Below, one piece after another: positions 42,633-55,855 of a DNA stretch of 64,000 nucleotides; position 1 is the stretch's first letter, and every line of letters starts with the position of its first letter. The DNA is from Octopus vulgaris (Eukaryota), in NCBI GenBank assembly GCA_951406725.2, contig OX597816.1:107694001-107758000 (forward strand). The letters are read 5' to 3'. The notes under the pieces were generated by a model. That model was not told the DNA's origin. It searched no databases and worked only from the letters and a program-made list of their open reading frames with translations. The translations under genes were made by a program, and so were the position numbers.

Positions 42633-42908
42633 AATTTTGCGTAGACCAGAGCTGGTATAGAAAAGCGTTTTGCAAAATTTGATGCAGATTCTCTGCTAAA
42701 CTTTCTCTGTCGTAGTCAATGTGACGATCACATGCTGCACACCTTTCTTCCAAGCACTGCTGTAAATAGCGGCAGTCAGCTAGAATATTAAAATTAGTGC
42801 GTATGCACAACAGAGTTCAAGGTCAATCTGTGCAAAGCGGCTCCACTTTGCGTGTTTTAGCTTCGTTATTATAACAACAGTCTGGACACATATTGATTAG
42901 ACCACATA
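42633..42908 (-). mobile_element. 5' fragment of another mariner-type element
   Basis: Minus strand GAGAATCTGCATCAAATTTTGC = RICIKFC, typical mariner N-terminus, downstream of a TA-bounded end. Confidence 0.5.
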
Positions 42909-43399
42909 TATGTGTATATATATATATATATGTATATATATATAATATGCTCTTTTTAATATCAAAAATTGTATTTTCAAACAGAATATCTGATATATAG
43001 TCTATTACCATATATAATATATATTAAAGATGGAATATGCTTATGTAGAATATATTCTATGAAATATAGAATATTCTTCTACAGCTTATACTTTTATGTT
43101 TTATAGCGTACAAAATATCTCTACGTAGCATATTCGTTTATAGACTATGCTGTTCAGAAATTTTTTTATGGGCCTATGTAGTCGCAAGCAGACATGGACA
43201 TCACGTCGATTCTCCCTTTCTTCACCTCGCGGCACATTTCGGATGTAACAACTGAAAAGCGAGACTGCTCCACCAGCACTCATTGGGTTCTTGTTTCAGT
43301 TGAGTAGATTACATCGAATGAATTGTCTTGTTCAAAAACACATTAACTTATGAATCATTCTTAAGATCGTGAATTTAACACGCTAATCGTTAGGCCACA

Positions 43400-43505
43400 A
43401 ACCTGAGTACATAGCGTAGCCGAATGCTTGGAGAGTTTCTTTCCTAATCCCGTGGTTTCGGGTTCGCTCCTATTGCGTGGCAGCCTAGGCAAGTGTCATT
43501 TAACG
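43400..43505 (+). mobile_element. SINE family 2 head fragment
   Basis: GGGTTCGCTCCTATTGCGTGGCAGCCTAGGCAAGTGTC matches the family-2 head. Confidence 0.55.
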
Positions 43506-43746
43506 TTTTCAGTGGCCTAGAGAAGCCTTACCCCCACCATAAATCAAATGCTTCTCAATGTCTGTAAGTAGTTCCTCGACTTGTTACAAAATTTATCCAC
43601 AACCTTCTCCTTTCCCACAGCATGCCATGAGAAATACCAGACTATGCAAAACACAAAGACAGACACACATATACACTTATATTGTGATGGTTTATATTTT
43701 GTAGTTGGAAAAAATTAGAAGTGCTCGACAAATTCTTAGGTGTGTT

Positions 43747-43795
<49 letters not shown>

Positions 43796-46189
43796 TGTGT
43801 GCGTGCGTGTGTGATCTGGAATAAAACACTCCTTATCAGCCAGCTTTGTTTTATTGACTGTTTCATAGCTTATATGGCGGCTTGTGAGGTAATGTTTTAA
43901 CTCCTATTTATCTTGCAGGAAGTCTGAATCTGATAGAGTGAACAGGAAAAGAACCGCAACTCAAGATTTGGTGCTAACCACTTCCTTGGTTCTTGTAAGT
44001 GGTTCTGCGAGAGACTGTCATTACATAGGACAGATCTTCGAGTTGTTATCAACGAAGCTCGGGCTCTGTCATATTTGTTATGGGTCCACGTATGAACCTC
44101 TTCCACTTATATCCTCTAGCTGAGGGAGACACTATGGGAGTAGTATTAGTAATCAGTGCATCAAGATAGCATGTCTCCCTCAGACTAGTGATGTGGTTCA
44201 AACGCATGTAATAGAGTAGCCCCTTTTAAAGGTACTCAAGATCCATATTTAAAACCAGAAGAGAAATTAGATTTATCACTTAATGCTTATATTAAACTTT
44301 TAAAGGAATTTCGCGACATCTGGTAAGACTCACATGAAATATGTTCGAATAATAAATGTTTGATCTGTGAAGTACTATTATAATGCCGAACATTCTTAGA
44401 GTATTCGCTGCTTATACTCCAATTTGTTTGTATTTGAAACTGATGTGGTTTAAAATATGCTTCAAGAGATGTCAGGAACAAGAAGGCTAGTTTCTTTTCT
44501 CGGTTATGCTAGCATCAAAAGCAATTTTCTTTTGTTGAATTATATTAAATGAAAATTTTAAGAGATATACACCTTCCTGTAGAGTTAAAAGAAGACAAAA
44601 GAAATCACTTGCTTTTGGATAATTAGTTGGCTGGAAGCACATAGATCTCTGCCATGGCCACTTCAGGACCTCTAATACAAAGGTATGGGGAAACCTGTGT
44701 CAGGTTAATTCGATTTGCGTCAAGTACGAACTGTCGGGGAGAAGTGAATATTAAAAAGAAAGAAGTTTCATGTAACAGCAATTGATGGGTTGATAGGAAG
44801 AGTCTGTTGATGCAGAATGATACATTTATTTAAAGAATTTGAATCAAGAATGATGATAGTAAGGAAAGAGGCGGGAAGTATATAATATATTTACGTGACA
44901 GGGCTGACATCATAACATGTAGAGGTGTAGACCAAAGGAAGAGAGAGAAGATGTTAACTCTTCGATTCGGGTACTGCTACTACTGCACAGAACATGAAAT
45001 TTGGCAGTGAATAATGGGATATTCATGTCCATATTATGTGTGTCTGTAGACGTTAGAAGTGCACATGCATTTTCCTAAATATACAAAACGAAAAACTAAT
45101 GCATTGCGAATATACATCTAAATTCAGAAAAAGACACTACGTATATATATGTATATAATATGTATATGCGTATATGTATATTTTTGATGAGAGAAAAGAA
45201 GAGTTTGCTTCCTTGAGACTGATGTTTTCCTTGAACACTTGCAATGAACGATTGATGGAAAATCATCATTGAGGAGGGAATTATAGAAGTGTAGGAAGAA
45301 TGTGCATAAGAGTTAGTGCGTGGTTGCAGATATGGTACACACGCGACGGAGAGAGAGTAGGAGAGACGTAAAAGCCTATTGGGTTGAGTGGATATAGCAC
45401 GGAATCAGCCAGCGTCAAGAAGCTGGCACTACTGTAGTATCAGTAAAACAAGGGAAAAGCTCGTTTGTGATTCCACAGCTGGAGTATGTCACTGAGTGAC
45501 TCCATGACATATGGAAGTTTGCATGTGGTAGAGAGGATAACAATGAGCATGATGGCAAGTGAATGACTTTCATTCAGTGCGACAATACCAGTTTCCCTTC
45601 CTCAAAGTGGAAGGGATCAGGCTTAGGATGTTAGATTCTTAACTCTTCTCGGCAAATAAACTTACTAAAATACTTCTGTGAACACTTTAATGGCACCATA
45701 TACATACGTTACGCTTGTTTCTGAGTTGAAATCTTATCATTATCGACTATATCTTTCACTGATCTGGAGTTCTAAAATCAACAAAATGTACTAGTAGTAT
45801 TACGAGTTTCTGCGTGGTTGCTTGACCCGTTAGAAAAAGCGGTCAAATCACCCTCACTGTATACCATATCGTCTTAGAAACAAAGGGCTTATTAACAAAG
45901 TCGAATACACATACACAAGGTATGTGTGTTGTTACTTCGTGGGTTAGCTGCAGTGTTTAGGCTATAGAGCATAGAGAATATATTCTTTTATTCTCTCACG
46001 TCTAAAAAGCGCAGCCGACCCACGAACTAACTACACGCATATCTTGTGTTCGATTTTGTTTATACTCTTCGGACTGCTTCTAATTAATATCTGAAATGAC
46101 TTCTTGGTTAATGAATTGGTATGTCCCGACTCGTACAATATTGGATATATAAGACAGCACAATCAGTGCTAATTCCTCTTTCTCCTCCT

Positions 46190-46508
46190 CAGCATCATCA
46201 TCATCATCATCAGCAGCAACGACAATAGCAATAACAAAAACATCAACAACGGACTAACGAGCAGCAACGGATACTTTGAAGTTTTAAAAAGGAGAGGACT
46301 TGTCGGGAAATGCAGAGGTAAATGCGCACTAACCAAACGAAGGACGGTTATTCATTGGTCGATTGCTTGCTGGAAGCTCACCAAAGAATAACCATTATCC
46401 TACTCTTCTTCTTCCTCCTCCTCCCTTCCCCTCCCCCTCCTCCCCCTCAACCTCCTCCTTATCATCATCATCATCATCATCATCATCACCACCACCACCA
46501 CCACAACC

Positions 46509-46542
<34 letters not shown>

Positions 46543-46545
46543 ACA
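46190..46545. repeat. Compound trinucleotide low-complexity tracts (CAT/CAG/CAA; CCT/CAT/CAC)
   Basis: Direct observation; source of poly-P/poly-H ORFs. Confidence 0.88.
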
Positions 46546-47353
46546 CGAACAGTATGTTTTCCATACGAAAAACAAAACAAAAGATAAATGCTTTAAGTCA
46601 GACAATTCAATATTCTTGTTATCCTGCTGTATAACATTTGGAATATATTCAAGCATATAATCCACTATAGATGGCCTTCATTATTGAAGTAATATAATTT
46701 TCTATGTTGTATAATAAAATATCCAGCAATTTTCAGTATTGTAATAAAATCTTCACCAAGAACAGCTTGGTTGGGGGCATTGGGTTGCTAAATTGTTGGG
46801 TGGCATTTCTGCTTTTTATCTTCTGTTATACTTAGTGGTTTTCAAAACTAGCAGTAAACAGGGTTAGTAAGAATTACAAGAATTTCATCAGCATATTGAA
46901 TCTTTTACTATAACTATTCAATAAACACGTCATCCTCAACGCGGAAGCCACAATGTCGTCGCTCAATCTGATGTAAAGAACAGCCGAATGTCCTGAAAAT
47001 CACAGCTTATCGTCTCAAAAAAGGAACGATAAAATAGTCCAGGACATATTGATCATGATATCACGGCTTCCTTGTTGTTCATCATAAGTCTGCTTTATTT
47101 CGCCCAGCAAGAGGTTAAAAAAACATCAGCAATACCAACAGCACAGACACTAAACCAAGAAAGGCACCTTAACATGATCTATCGACCTGCTAGAAATAGA
47201 AGCCCAACTTCCTTCATATCAAATGGAACATGTTGAATAATGTGGTCCTGTGTACCTGGCACATAGGAATAATCCTGACGGTCACTAATGGAAAGTTTTC
47301 ATCATAGGACTCCACACACAGAGTTGAGCTTAGGCTAACATTGATAAAAGAGG

Positions 47354-48470
<1,117 letters not shown>

Positions 48471-48472
48471 TC

Positions 48473-48525
<53 letters not shown>

Positions 48526-48933
48526 CGAAAACAACTATAACAATAATAATAATTGTAATAATAATAATAATGAAGAAGAATATAAATATAACGATCTGTA
48601 TACAGAATCTTTCTAATGAATGTCGATAAACTGCGCAAAGTAAACATTATTGTAAATACGCCTAAGGGAAGAAATGTACAGCTGTGATTCATTATTTGAT
48701 TATAGTCTTTAATATGTTATTAGTTATTGATTAATAATTGATCTTAGATCTCACTATATTGTTAATGAATGATACAGGATGTAATATCACGCAAAATATA
48801 TAAAATAATCGAAATAAAAGCAGATACAAAAAAATAAATATTTAAAAAAGAAAAACAATAAAATCAAATTGCTTTGCTGAATTTGAAGTTGTACATATAT
48901 GGATTCATTTGCTGATGGAACGTACAGAGTTGA

Positions 48934-48935
<2 letters not shown>

Positions 48936-48964
<29 letters not shown>

Positions 48965-49081
48965 TGTATGTATGTATGTATGTATGTATGTATGTATGTA
49001 TGTATGTATGTATGTATGTATGTATGTATGTTTGTATGTATGTATGTATGTATGTATGTATGTATGTATGTATGTATGTAT
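48936..49081. repeat. (TATG)n microsatellite
   Basis: Direct observation. Confidence 0.95.
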
Positions 49082-49311
49082 GGACATGTAATATTTTACA
49101 GGTATTTACACCTACATGATTAAAATAACCACCAAATATAATACCAAGAAATAGAGAATGCTATAGTCCATTAGCGATGCAGTCATCATTAATGAGACGC
49201 GTGGACACACAGAGACAAAAGCAATATATATAGATAAACATACATATCACAGATTTACATACATACATATGTGTGTGTTGTATGCATGTATATATGTATG
49301 TATATGTATTA

Positions 49312-49975
49312 TGTCAGGTCACTTTCGAGTGCTACTGGTTACATTTAACCCAGTACAACCTGTTGCATGGTCGGGCCGTCGGCGACTAAACCGGCAACCC
49401 CACCAAGCTTATTTGGTGAGGAGTGTGTTTAATGGACACCCTGCGGGATGAAAAACAAAATCCGTCAAAGGGCGGAGGAACTCTTGAGAGTCAATGGCCA
49501 TCCAATACATGTGTATTTTTTTTTAATGATTAAGGCTGTATCATGCGCGGGGACATAGAAATAATCGGACTGAATACCCGATGGCGCGGTTAAACCATTG
49601 GGAGTGAAGGACTCCTAGCCTTTGTTAGGGCATCCTTCTAGGAGAAGGTAACTCAGGTACCTGCGATAACTCCGACATAAAACCTGCGGCTCAGTGGTTA
49701 CCGATAATCTTGACTTGTTCTTCTTTTTGGATTATGGCTGCTGTTGCTTAGTGAGTGGGATTGAGTCAGTGCACAGCCTTTCTTCACTTAAAAAAAAATC
49801 TTCTTGCATAGGCATTGCACGATAACATTGTTCACGATTGTTGATGGTGCTGTGAGTCTCAACTGAATGGCTGGCTGTAGCCTTAAAAAGCAAATAAAAG
49901 TCACATTCGATCACAGCACCGATAACAGTTAAGCTTCGTACAATGGCCATACTCGATAATGAGGGGGCAGCCATC
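49312..49975 (+). mobile_element. Possible RTE-type LINE 5' region
   Basis: Higher-GC island between microsatellites with GGGCATCCTTCTAGGAGAAGGTAACTC...AAACC, a string recalled from RTE 5' UTRs; no protein motif confirmed. Confidence 0.4.
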
Positions 49976-50084
49976 ATATGTATGTATATATGTATATATG
50001 TATGTATTTATTATGTATGTATGTATGTATGTATGTATGTATTTCATGTGTATGTATGTAAGCATATAAATGTAATGTGTGTAG

Positions 50085-50375
50085 ATCTATGTAGTTTAGA
50101 AGCTTGCTTTCCAACCATAGGACCCCAAGTCCAATCCCACTTGGGCAAGTGTCTTCTTCTAGGGAAGTCCGTCATGTGTGTGTGTGTGTGTGTGTGTTGC
50201 ATTCGGCTCCATAATCGGGGCTGATTTGTTGACGTCCCCATGACCTAGCGGTTTGGCAAAAGTGGATGATGAAATATATACCCAACTTAAAAGTAATCGG
50301 TACTGGAATCGATTCGTTTCGTTTAAGTCCGTCAAGCCGGTGCCCCAGCATGACCGCAGTTGAATAGCTGTTGTA
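50085..50375 (+). mobile_element. SINE family 2, diverged copy
   Basis: AGAAGCTTGCTTTCCAACC...CTTGGGCAAGTGTCTT, internal (TG)n, CCCCAGCATGACCGCAG end. Confidence 0.75.
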
Positions 50376-51304
50376 AGTAAATACACCTCTGATGCCGTTT
50401 GACATTCTGTAAGCTTCACTTTAACACTATCTGTGGGACTGTATGATCCACTGTAAATGATGTTACTTCCTACATGATCGGGCCAAACCTTCCTTACTTC
50501 ATTAGCTAATCCGAACCAAGCAAGTTAGTCGAGCAGAGCAGAAAATCTTAAATGATGAAAAAAATTTTCCGTAGCAACAATCTTTTTTACTTGCTTGGTG
50601 ATACATCGTACACTTACGAACAAGCTACGGCCATAGGATGAACGAATGTAACTTGATAGTAGAACTTAATAATTTCGATATTTTCATGTGAGATTTATAT
50701 ATTCTTCAACTCTAGGTTGTGGCTTTAATCCTTTTGCCATTCTTTGTTTCATAATATAAGAATATGTTGGAAGATGTGGATTTACACAGCCTTGCACGTC
50801 GGCCTGAAAAGGCTTTCTTTTCTCCCCAGCTCACGATACAGCCTTATATAATGAAGTTCTTAACTTGTCTTTCTCAAATAAGTGACAACTACCATGAGTG
50901 TAGTAGACCTTTGCTTGCGGCAAAACTCGCTGATTTGTGTTTTATCTCTCAAAAGCAAAATATATTCTGCAAGAGGTTACGTTACACTTATTTCTGCATC
51001 AACCTAAGCTTACAGGTGTTTTGGGTTAACTCAATATGTGTTTCTCTCGTACAATCTACCGTTGATACATCCACTCATTATACTATGTTTGCTTAAAGGC
51101 ATATTACATTCAAACAACACGTAGCCATGGATCTGCAAAAACATTGAAGATGAGCATTTTTTCTGTCCTTTATTGTTTTTTTTTTTATGTTTGGAGATTT
51201 GTAATCTATCTTATCTATGCAACTTTTACTAGCATTAGAAAGATTTTGTCGAATACCTTGCGATATCCGTATGTAGTAGCGAAATGCATACTGACTATTT
51301 CAAA

Positions 51305-51406
51305 AAGTGAAAAATAGAAGCACCTCATTTAATATTCATTTTTTAAGGTGGGTTAGAACCCACCTTAAAAATTGAATATTGAATGAGGTGCTTCTATTTT
51401 TCACTT
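51305..51406. repeat. Near-perfect palindrome, 50-bp arms, 2-nt centre
   Basis: Arms 51305-51354 and 51357-51406 are reverse complements at 48 of 50 positions. Confidence 0.95.
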
Positions 51407-53001
51407 AGTTTTCTTTGTTTTTGTTTGGTCTGTGAATTTCGCCTTGGTTTCTCTCCCACGCGCATACACATGTGTGTGTGTGTGCACGCTTGTGTGTATA
51501 TTTATATGTATATATGTATTTTATTTTCATTTCTACAGTGAATTATGCAACATATTTGACTTAAATGTGTCTGACGCACGTTTCTGCTTCATAGACATCT
51601 CGCAAATTGCATTTGCACCCAGTTACATTCATTTGGATATTAGTCTATTCAGCTATAATCCAGGTCCAGCTACTAATGAGGTCTGAAGCGAACTAAATGT
51701 ACTCAGGTTTCGAAAAATTATAGTTACCTTACAAATACAATGATATCGAAACCTAAATGCCCTTTTGCAGACAAAAACTAATGGTTAGTTCGAGAACGAA
51801 TGCTGTTGTCTTGTCAACAGATAGAGAATTATATCTGTTGGTTTGTACAGAACAGTGAAAGTGTGGATAGAACTAAACTAAGTGGTATAGCTTAAATTGT
51901 ATATCAGTCCAATAATTGATATCGTGAATTAATTCACTAACGGACCACGGCACCACTTTAATACCATTAAAATAACGTGGGTCTACAACAAACATATTGC
52001 TGGTATATTTACCTTTATAGTCTGTGTTTTTTCTTTCTATGCACACATACATACATACATACATACATACATACATACATACATACATACATACATGCAT
52101 ACATACAAGCATACATTCATATATGTATTAATATGTGTGTATGTGTGTGCGTGTATGTGTAGGTATAGCATGCATATCTCCATATAGATTTATTGTGTGC
52201 ATGTATATATACATATATATGTATGTATGTGTTACATGTATGTATGTATGTGTTACATGTATGTATGTATATATACAAACATACATGTATGTATATAAGT
52301 ATATATACATATATATCATCTTTTCTTCCTCCACAATTTTGTTTCATAATTCACACTAACGCAACATATAATCAATACAACAATTTAAAAATTGAATACA
52401 TACGCCTTAGTTAACCTCATAAACAGAAAATAAAAAAAAACTACTAAACATTCAAAGACTTAGTAAAACGAAGTTATTGTAGGATTATGTAAGTTTCATA
52501 AGTTTTCTTTCTTTAAATTGTTACCTTCATAAATTGGTAAGTATGGGCGTAGTTAGTGACATAACGTATTAAAGAAAATATACCGCGTTTAATTTCACAT
52601 TGAAGTTAGAATTATTATTTTGACGTATGAATGCACTAATGTATTTATGCACGTATGTATATACAAGCATATGCTTATGAAACAGATAGATTAATACGAA
52701 TATTGATAGACAGGTAGGTACATTAGTACACAAACAATACATTGTTATAGGTGAGTGATTATATACATACATACATACATATATGTGTATGTGTGTGTGC
52801 ACATAAACATACATATCTCTCTCTCTCTCTCTCTCTCTCTTTGTCTCACTCTACACTAACATACATACATATATAGACGTGTATCTATGTAAGAATGTCT
52901 AAATATATTTTATTTATAATTTATATATTTACGTTTATACATCTAAGATATACATATGTATATAATGTATGAACAGGCATAATAATAAACATACATAATA
53001 A

Positions 53002-53049
<48 letters not shown>

Positions 53050-53591
53050 CACATGCATATATATGTGTGTGTGGGTGTACATATACAATGCATATGTATC
53101 TACCTCTGTGTGTGAATTTGTTCTGTCTACTACAAATCTACACGGTGTCCAATCAATACATTACTTATTTACTTAGTTTACTTTCTTACTTATTTACTAA
53201 AATTACATTTCCCCTGTACACACGCTTGTCAGGGAGGTAACATCCATTGAATTCCCTTCATCTATTTGAGATAGTTTCAAAAGCTCTTCTACGTAAGTGT
53301 TAAATTCATTGATTTTACGTACTCTTTACTTTCGAATCAAAATCTCTGGGAGGTTCAAGTTATTAGGAATTGGTCTTCATTTTCCTTTCTTTCTTTCTTT
53401 CTTTCCTTCTTCCTCATTTGTCATTTGTCTTTTTTTGTAAGTCCTATGGCTGTGCGGTTAAGATGTTCGTTGGAAAACGGGCGTACCGGAATAGAGTTCC
53501 ACTTTCGTTACCCAGGAGACGATATATTATTTTTTTCTATAATAACTTCGAGTAGATTAATAACTATCGAAATGAGGCCTATTAGATAGAA

Positions 53592-53642
<51 letters not shown>

Positions 53643-53699
53643 CTCCCCCCACTCTGTCTCTCTCTCAGCGTAGCTCAAAACTTTTTTTCTGACGTTTTT

Positions 53700-54327
53700 C
53701 CTCCCTATGTGAGCAACATGGCCCTCAGGAAAGCCAACTCCATGTAAGCCAGCATAGGATTAAAAATTCAGAGAAACTAGCAGATCGAAGTTTGTGAGAC
53801 AATAGTTCTTGCATGGAACCTTGCAGAAGCATCACTGTCAAACACTCTAATTGCAGAGGACCTGAAGAGCTTTGGCTTTCAACGAACTTAAATCGAGAAG
53901 GAAAAGAATGAGTTAATTTGCTCATGGAGTTACTAAATAAAATATTTGAAGAAGAGGTGATAACTCAAAAGGGTGAAAAAGAAACTAGTAAATCAATGGA
54001 ATCTGAAAAGGGCAAGGGTGATGAAAGGAACAAAACAAAACAGATATCACCAACCTGGACAACAGTGAATCCAGGGAGAAGAAAGCAAAGGTTCACCTGG
54101 AGAAATTAAAGAAGCCAAAGGCACAAGCAAACAGGAAAGCTGACAATGGATGTGGGCCCAAGGTGGGTACAAAGACAAAAGGAAAACGAAAGAGAACTTG
54201 CGAAGACAAAGGTTTTGGTAAAAGTAAAGAGAGAGCTAAACCAGTCTCCAAGTTCTATGCAAAGGTTAGTACCTGTTGGTATGGAGACATTGGGGCAGGC
54301 TGTAGATTTGCTCATCCCAAACCCTAT

Positions 54328-54330
<3 letters not shown>
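53700..54330 (+). pseudogene. Degraded ORF with CCCH-type zinc finger, likely LINE ORF1 5' fragment
   Basis: K/E-rich region then SKFYAKVSTCWYGDIGAGCRFAHPKP (decayed C-x-C-x-C-x3-H); stops and frameshifts; bounded by (TA)n. Confidence 0.55.
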
Positions 54331-54380
<50 letters not shown>

Positions 54381-54409
54381 GTGTATGTAGGTAATTATAT
54401 ATGTATAAA

Positions 54410-55010
54410 AATTACACCGAAGAATAAATACAGGAGGAACAAGTCTTAAAGAATTCATTTAACGTTTTTATAGAAGGAGAATGTATCACAACGCTTTGGA
54501 TATCAGTTCTTCACCAGAAGAAAGCGAGAATCGTTGAGTGAGTGAAGAAAAGGAATAATGATTGAAAGGCATGTAAAGGGTAAGAGAATACGCAGGAATG
54601 TTGCTCTACAGCGGTAGTTGAGAAGTAAGGCGGGAATAGGCATGTAGATACAAAATATATGTTTCCGTACATGGAAGCGAGCACCGGGGAGGATGGCGTT
54701 TGAAAGTTAGTGTGGTGTCAGTATGTGTATAAAGGCGAGCAATTTGGAAGAACGGTGGTGTTGATTATTGGGCGTGTATTGTGTTGGGTTTTGTATGTAA
54801 TTGTAAGGTAAATAGAGTGAGAGTGGTGATGATATTTGCAATGCTATTTCTATCCGCTTGACGTATATGAACATAATTAAATCACGGATTATAATTATTA
54901 TTTTTGTAATTTTGAATATATATCCGAATATAAATATCAATGCGAACATCGAAATATTCTTGGACTCTAGCCTTTCATATGCTGAAAAGGCACCTTCAAC
55001 ATGTATAAAG
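54410..55010 (-). mobile_element. Penelope-type terminal region, strongly degraded
   Basis: C/A-rich minus strand ending in CTGGTGAAGAAC-TGATA-TCCAAAGCGTT (54490-54516), a decayed hammerhead-like motif. Confidence 0.35.
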
Positions 55011-55644
55011 AGATTACTATAATCCTCGTTAATATAGAAATGGTTCTGGAAAGATCGTTCGTTCGATAGTTTATAACTGGAAGTCGTTTCCATAGAAGTT
55101 AGTTTTCAAATATAAATGAATATGAAATAAGATAAGGTCATTTTATTCACATCCATATATTCTAGAGTGAGACGTTAATTAAACTAAAGCACTTATGAGG
55201 TTTCTTTTCGTGTTGGCCGAAAAAAAAAAAACAAATGCGTGGTCATCACCAGATGTAAACCAGTGTGAATTTTATTTGGCATTTATAACGCAAGCAACTT
55301 TAACCCTTCAGCACCAACAACATTTTTCTCATCCTCCTCCTCATCAATATTGGATCGTAGATTCAGTGTTCATCTGAAAATCCTTTGGATAATTAGTTTT
55401 AACAGTTTACATTCTGAGTTCAAAATTATTCGAAGTCAACTTTATTTCTCATCATTCTCAACTTAAAAAACTATTCACGCACTTGGGTTCGGCTGCATCG
55501 ATATAAATGCCCTCTCCTACACATGGACCAAACTTAAAAATTATGCTTCAATATTCAAACGTTATTTATTATTAGGACCTGCGGTGTCAATTTTATCAAT
55601 TAATTCTCCCATAGAATGTGTAGCATTAATTATGCTTATATTAG

Positions 55645-55855
55645 AAATTATTGGGCTCGCAGAGACATTAGCACGCCGGACAAAATGCTTAGCGATATTT
55701 CTTCCGGTTCTTTACCTTCTAAAATCAAATTCTGTCGATGTTCACTTTGCCTTTCAACATTTCAAGGTCGATAAAATGAGTAACAGTTGATCGCTAAGAT
55801 TAATGTAATCAATTACCTACTACTCTATAACTAGTCGCTTTGTGTCAAAATTATT
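55645..55855 (+). mobile_element. SINE family 1 copy
   Basis: TTAGCACGCCGGACAAAATGCTTAGCGATATTTC...CTTTGCCTTTCA...GGTCGATAAAATGAGTA; TTA tail. Confidence 0.78.

Noticed and set aside
44540-45560. Very old minus-strand LINE relic (LQLWN and FKENI-like words)
   Set aside because: Too degraded to support as a feature without an alignment.
46322-46660. Poly-Pro/poly-His ORF resembling a transcription factor
   Set aside because: Compound microsatellite with no flanking domain; same for 58461-58787.
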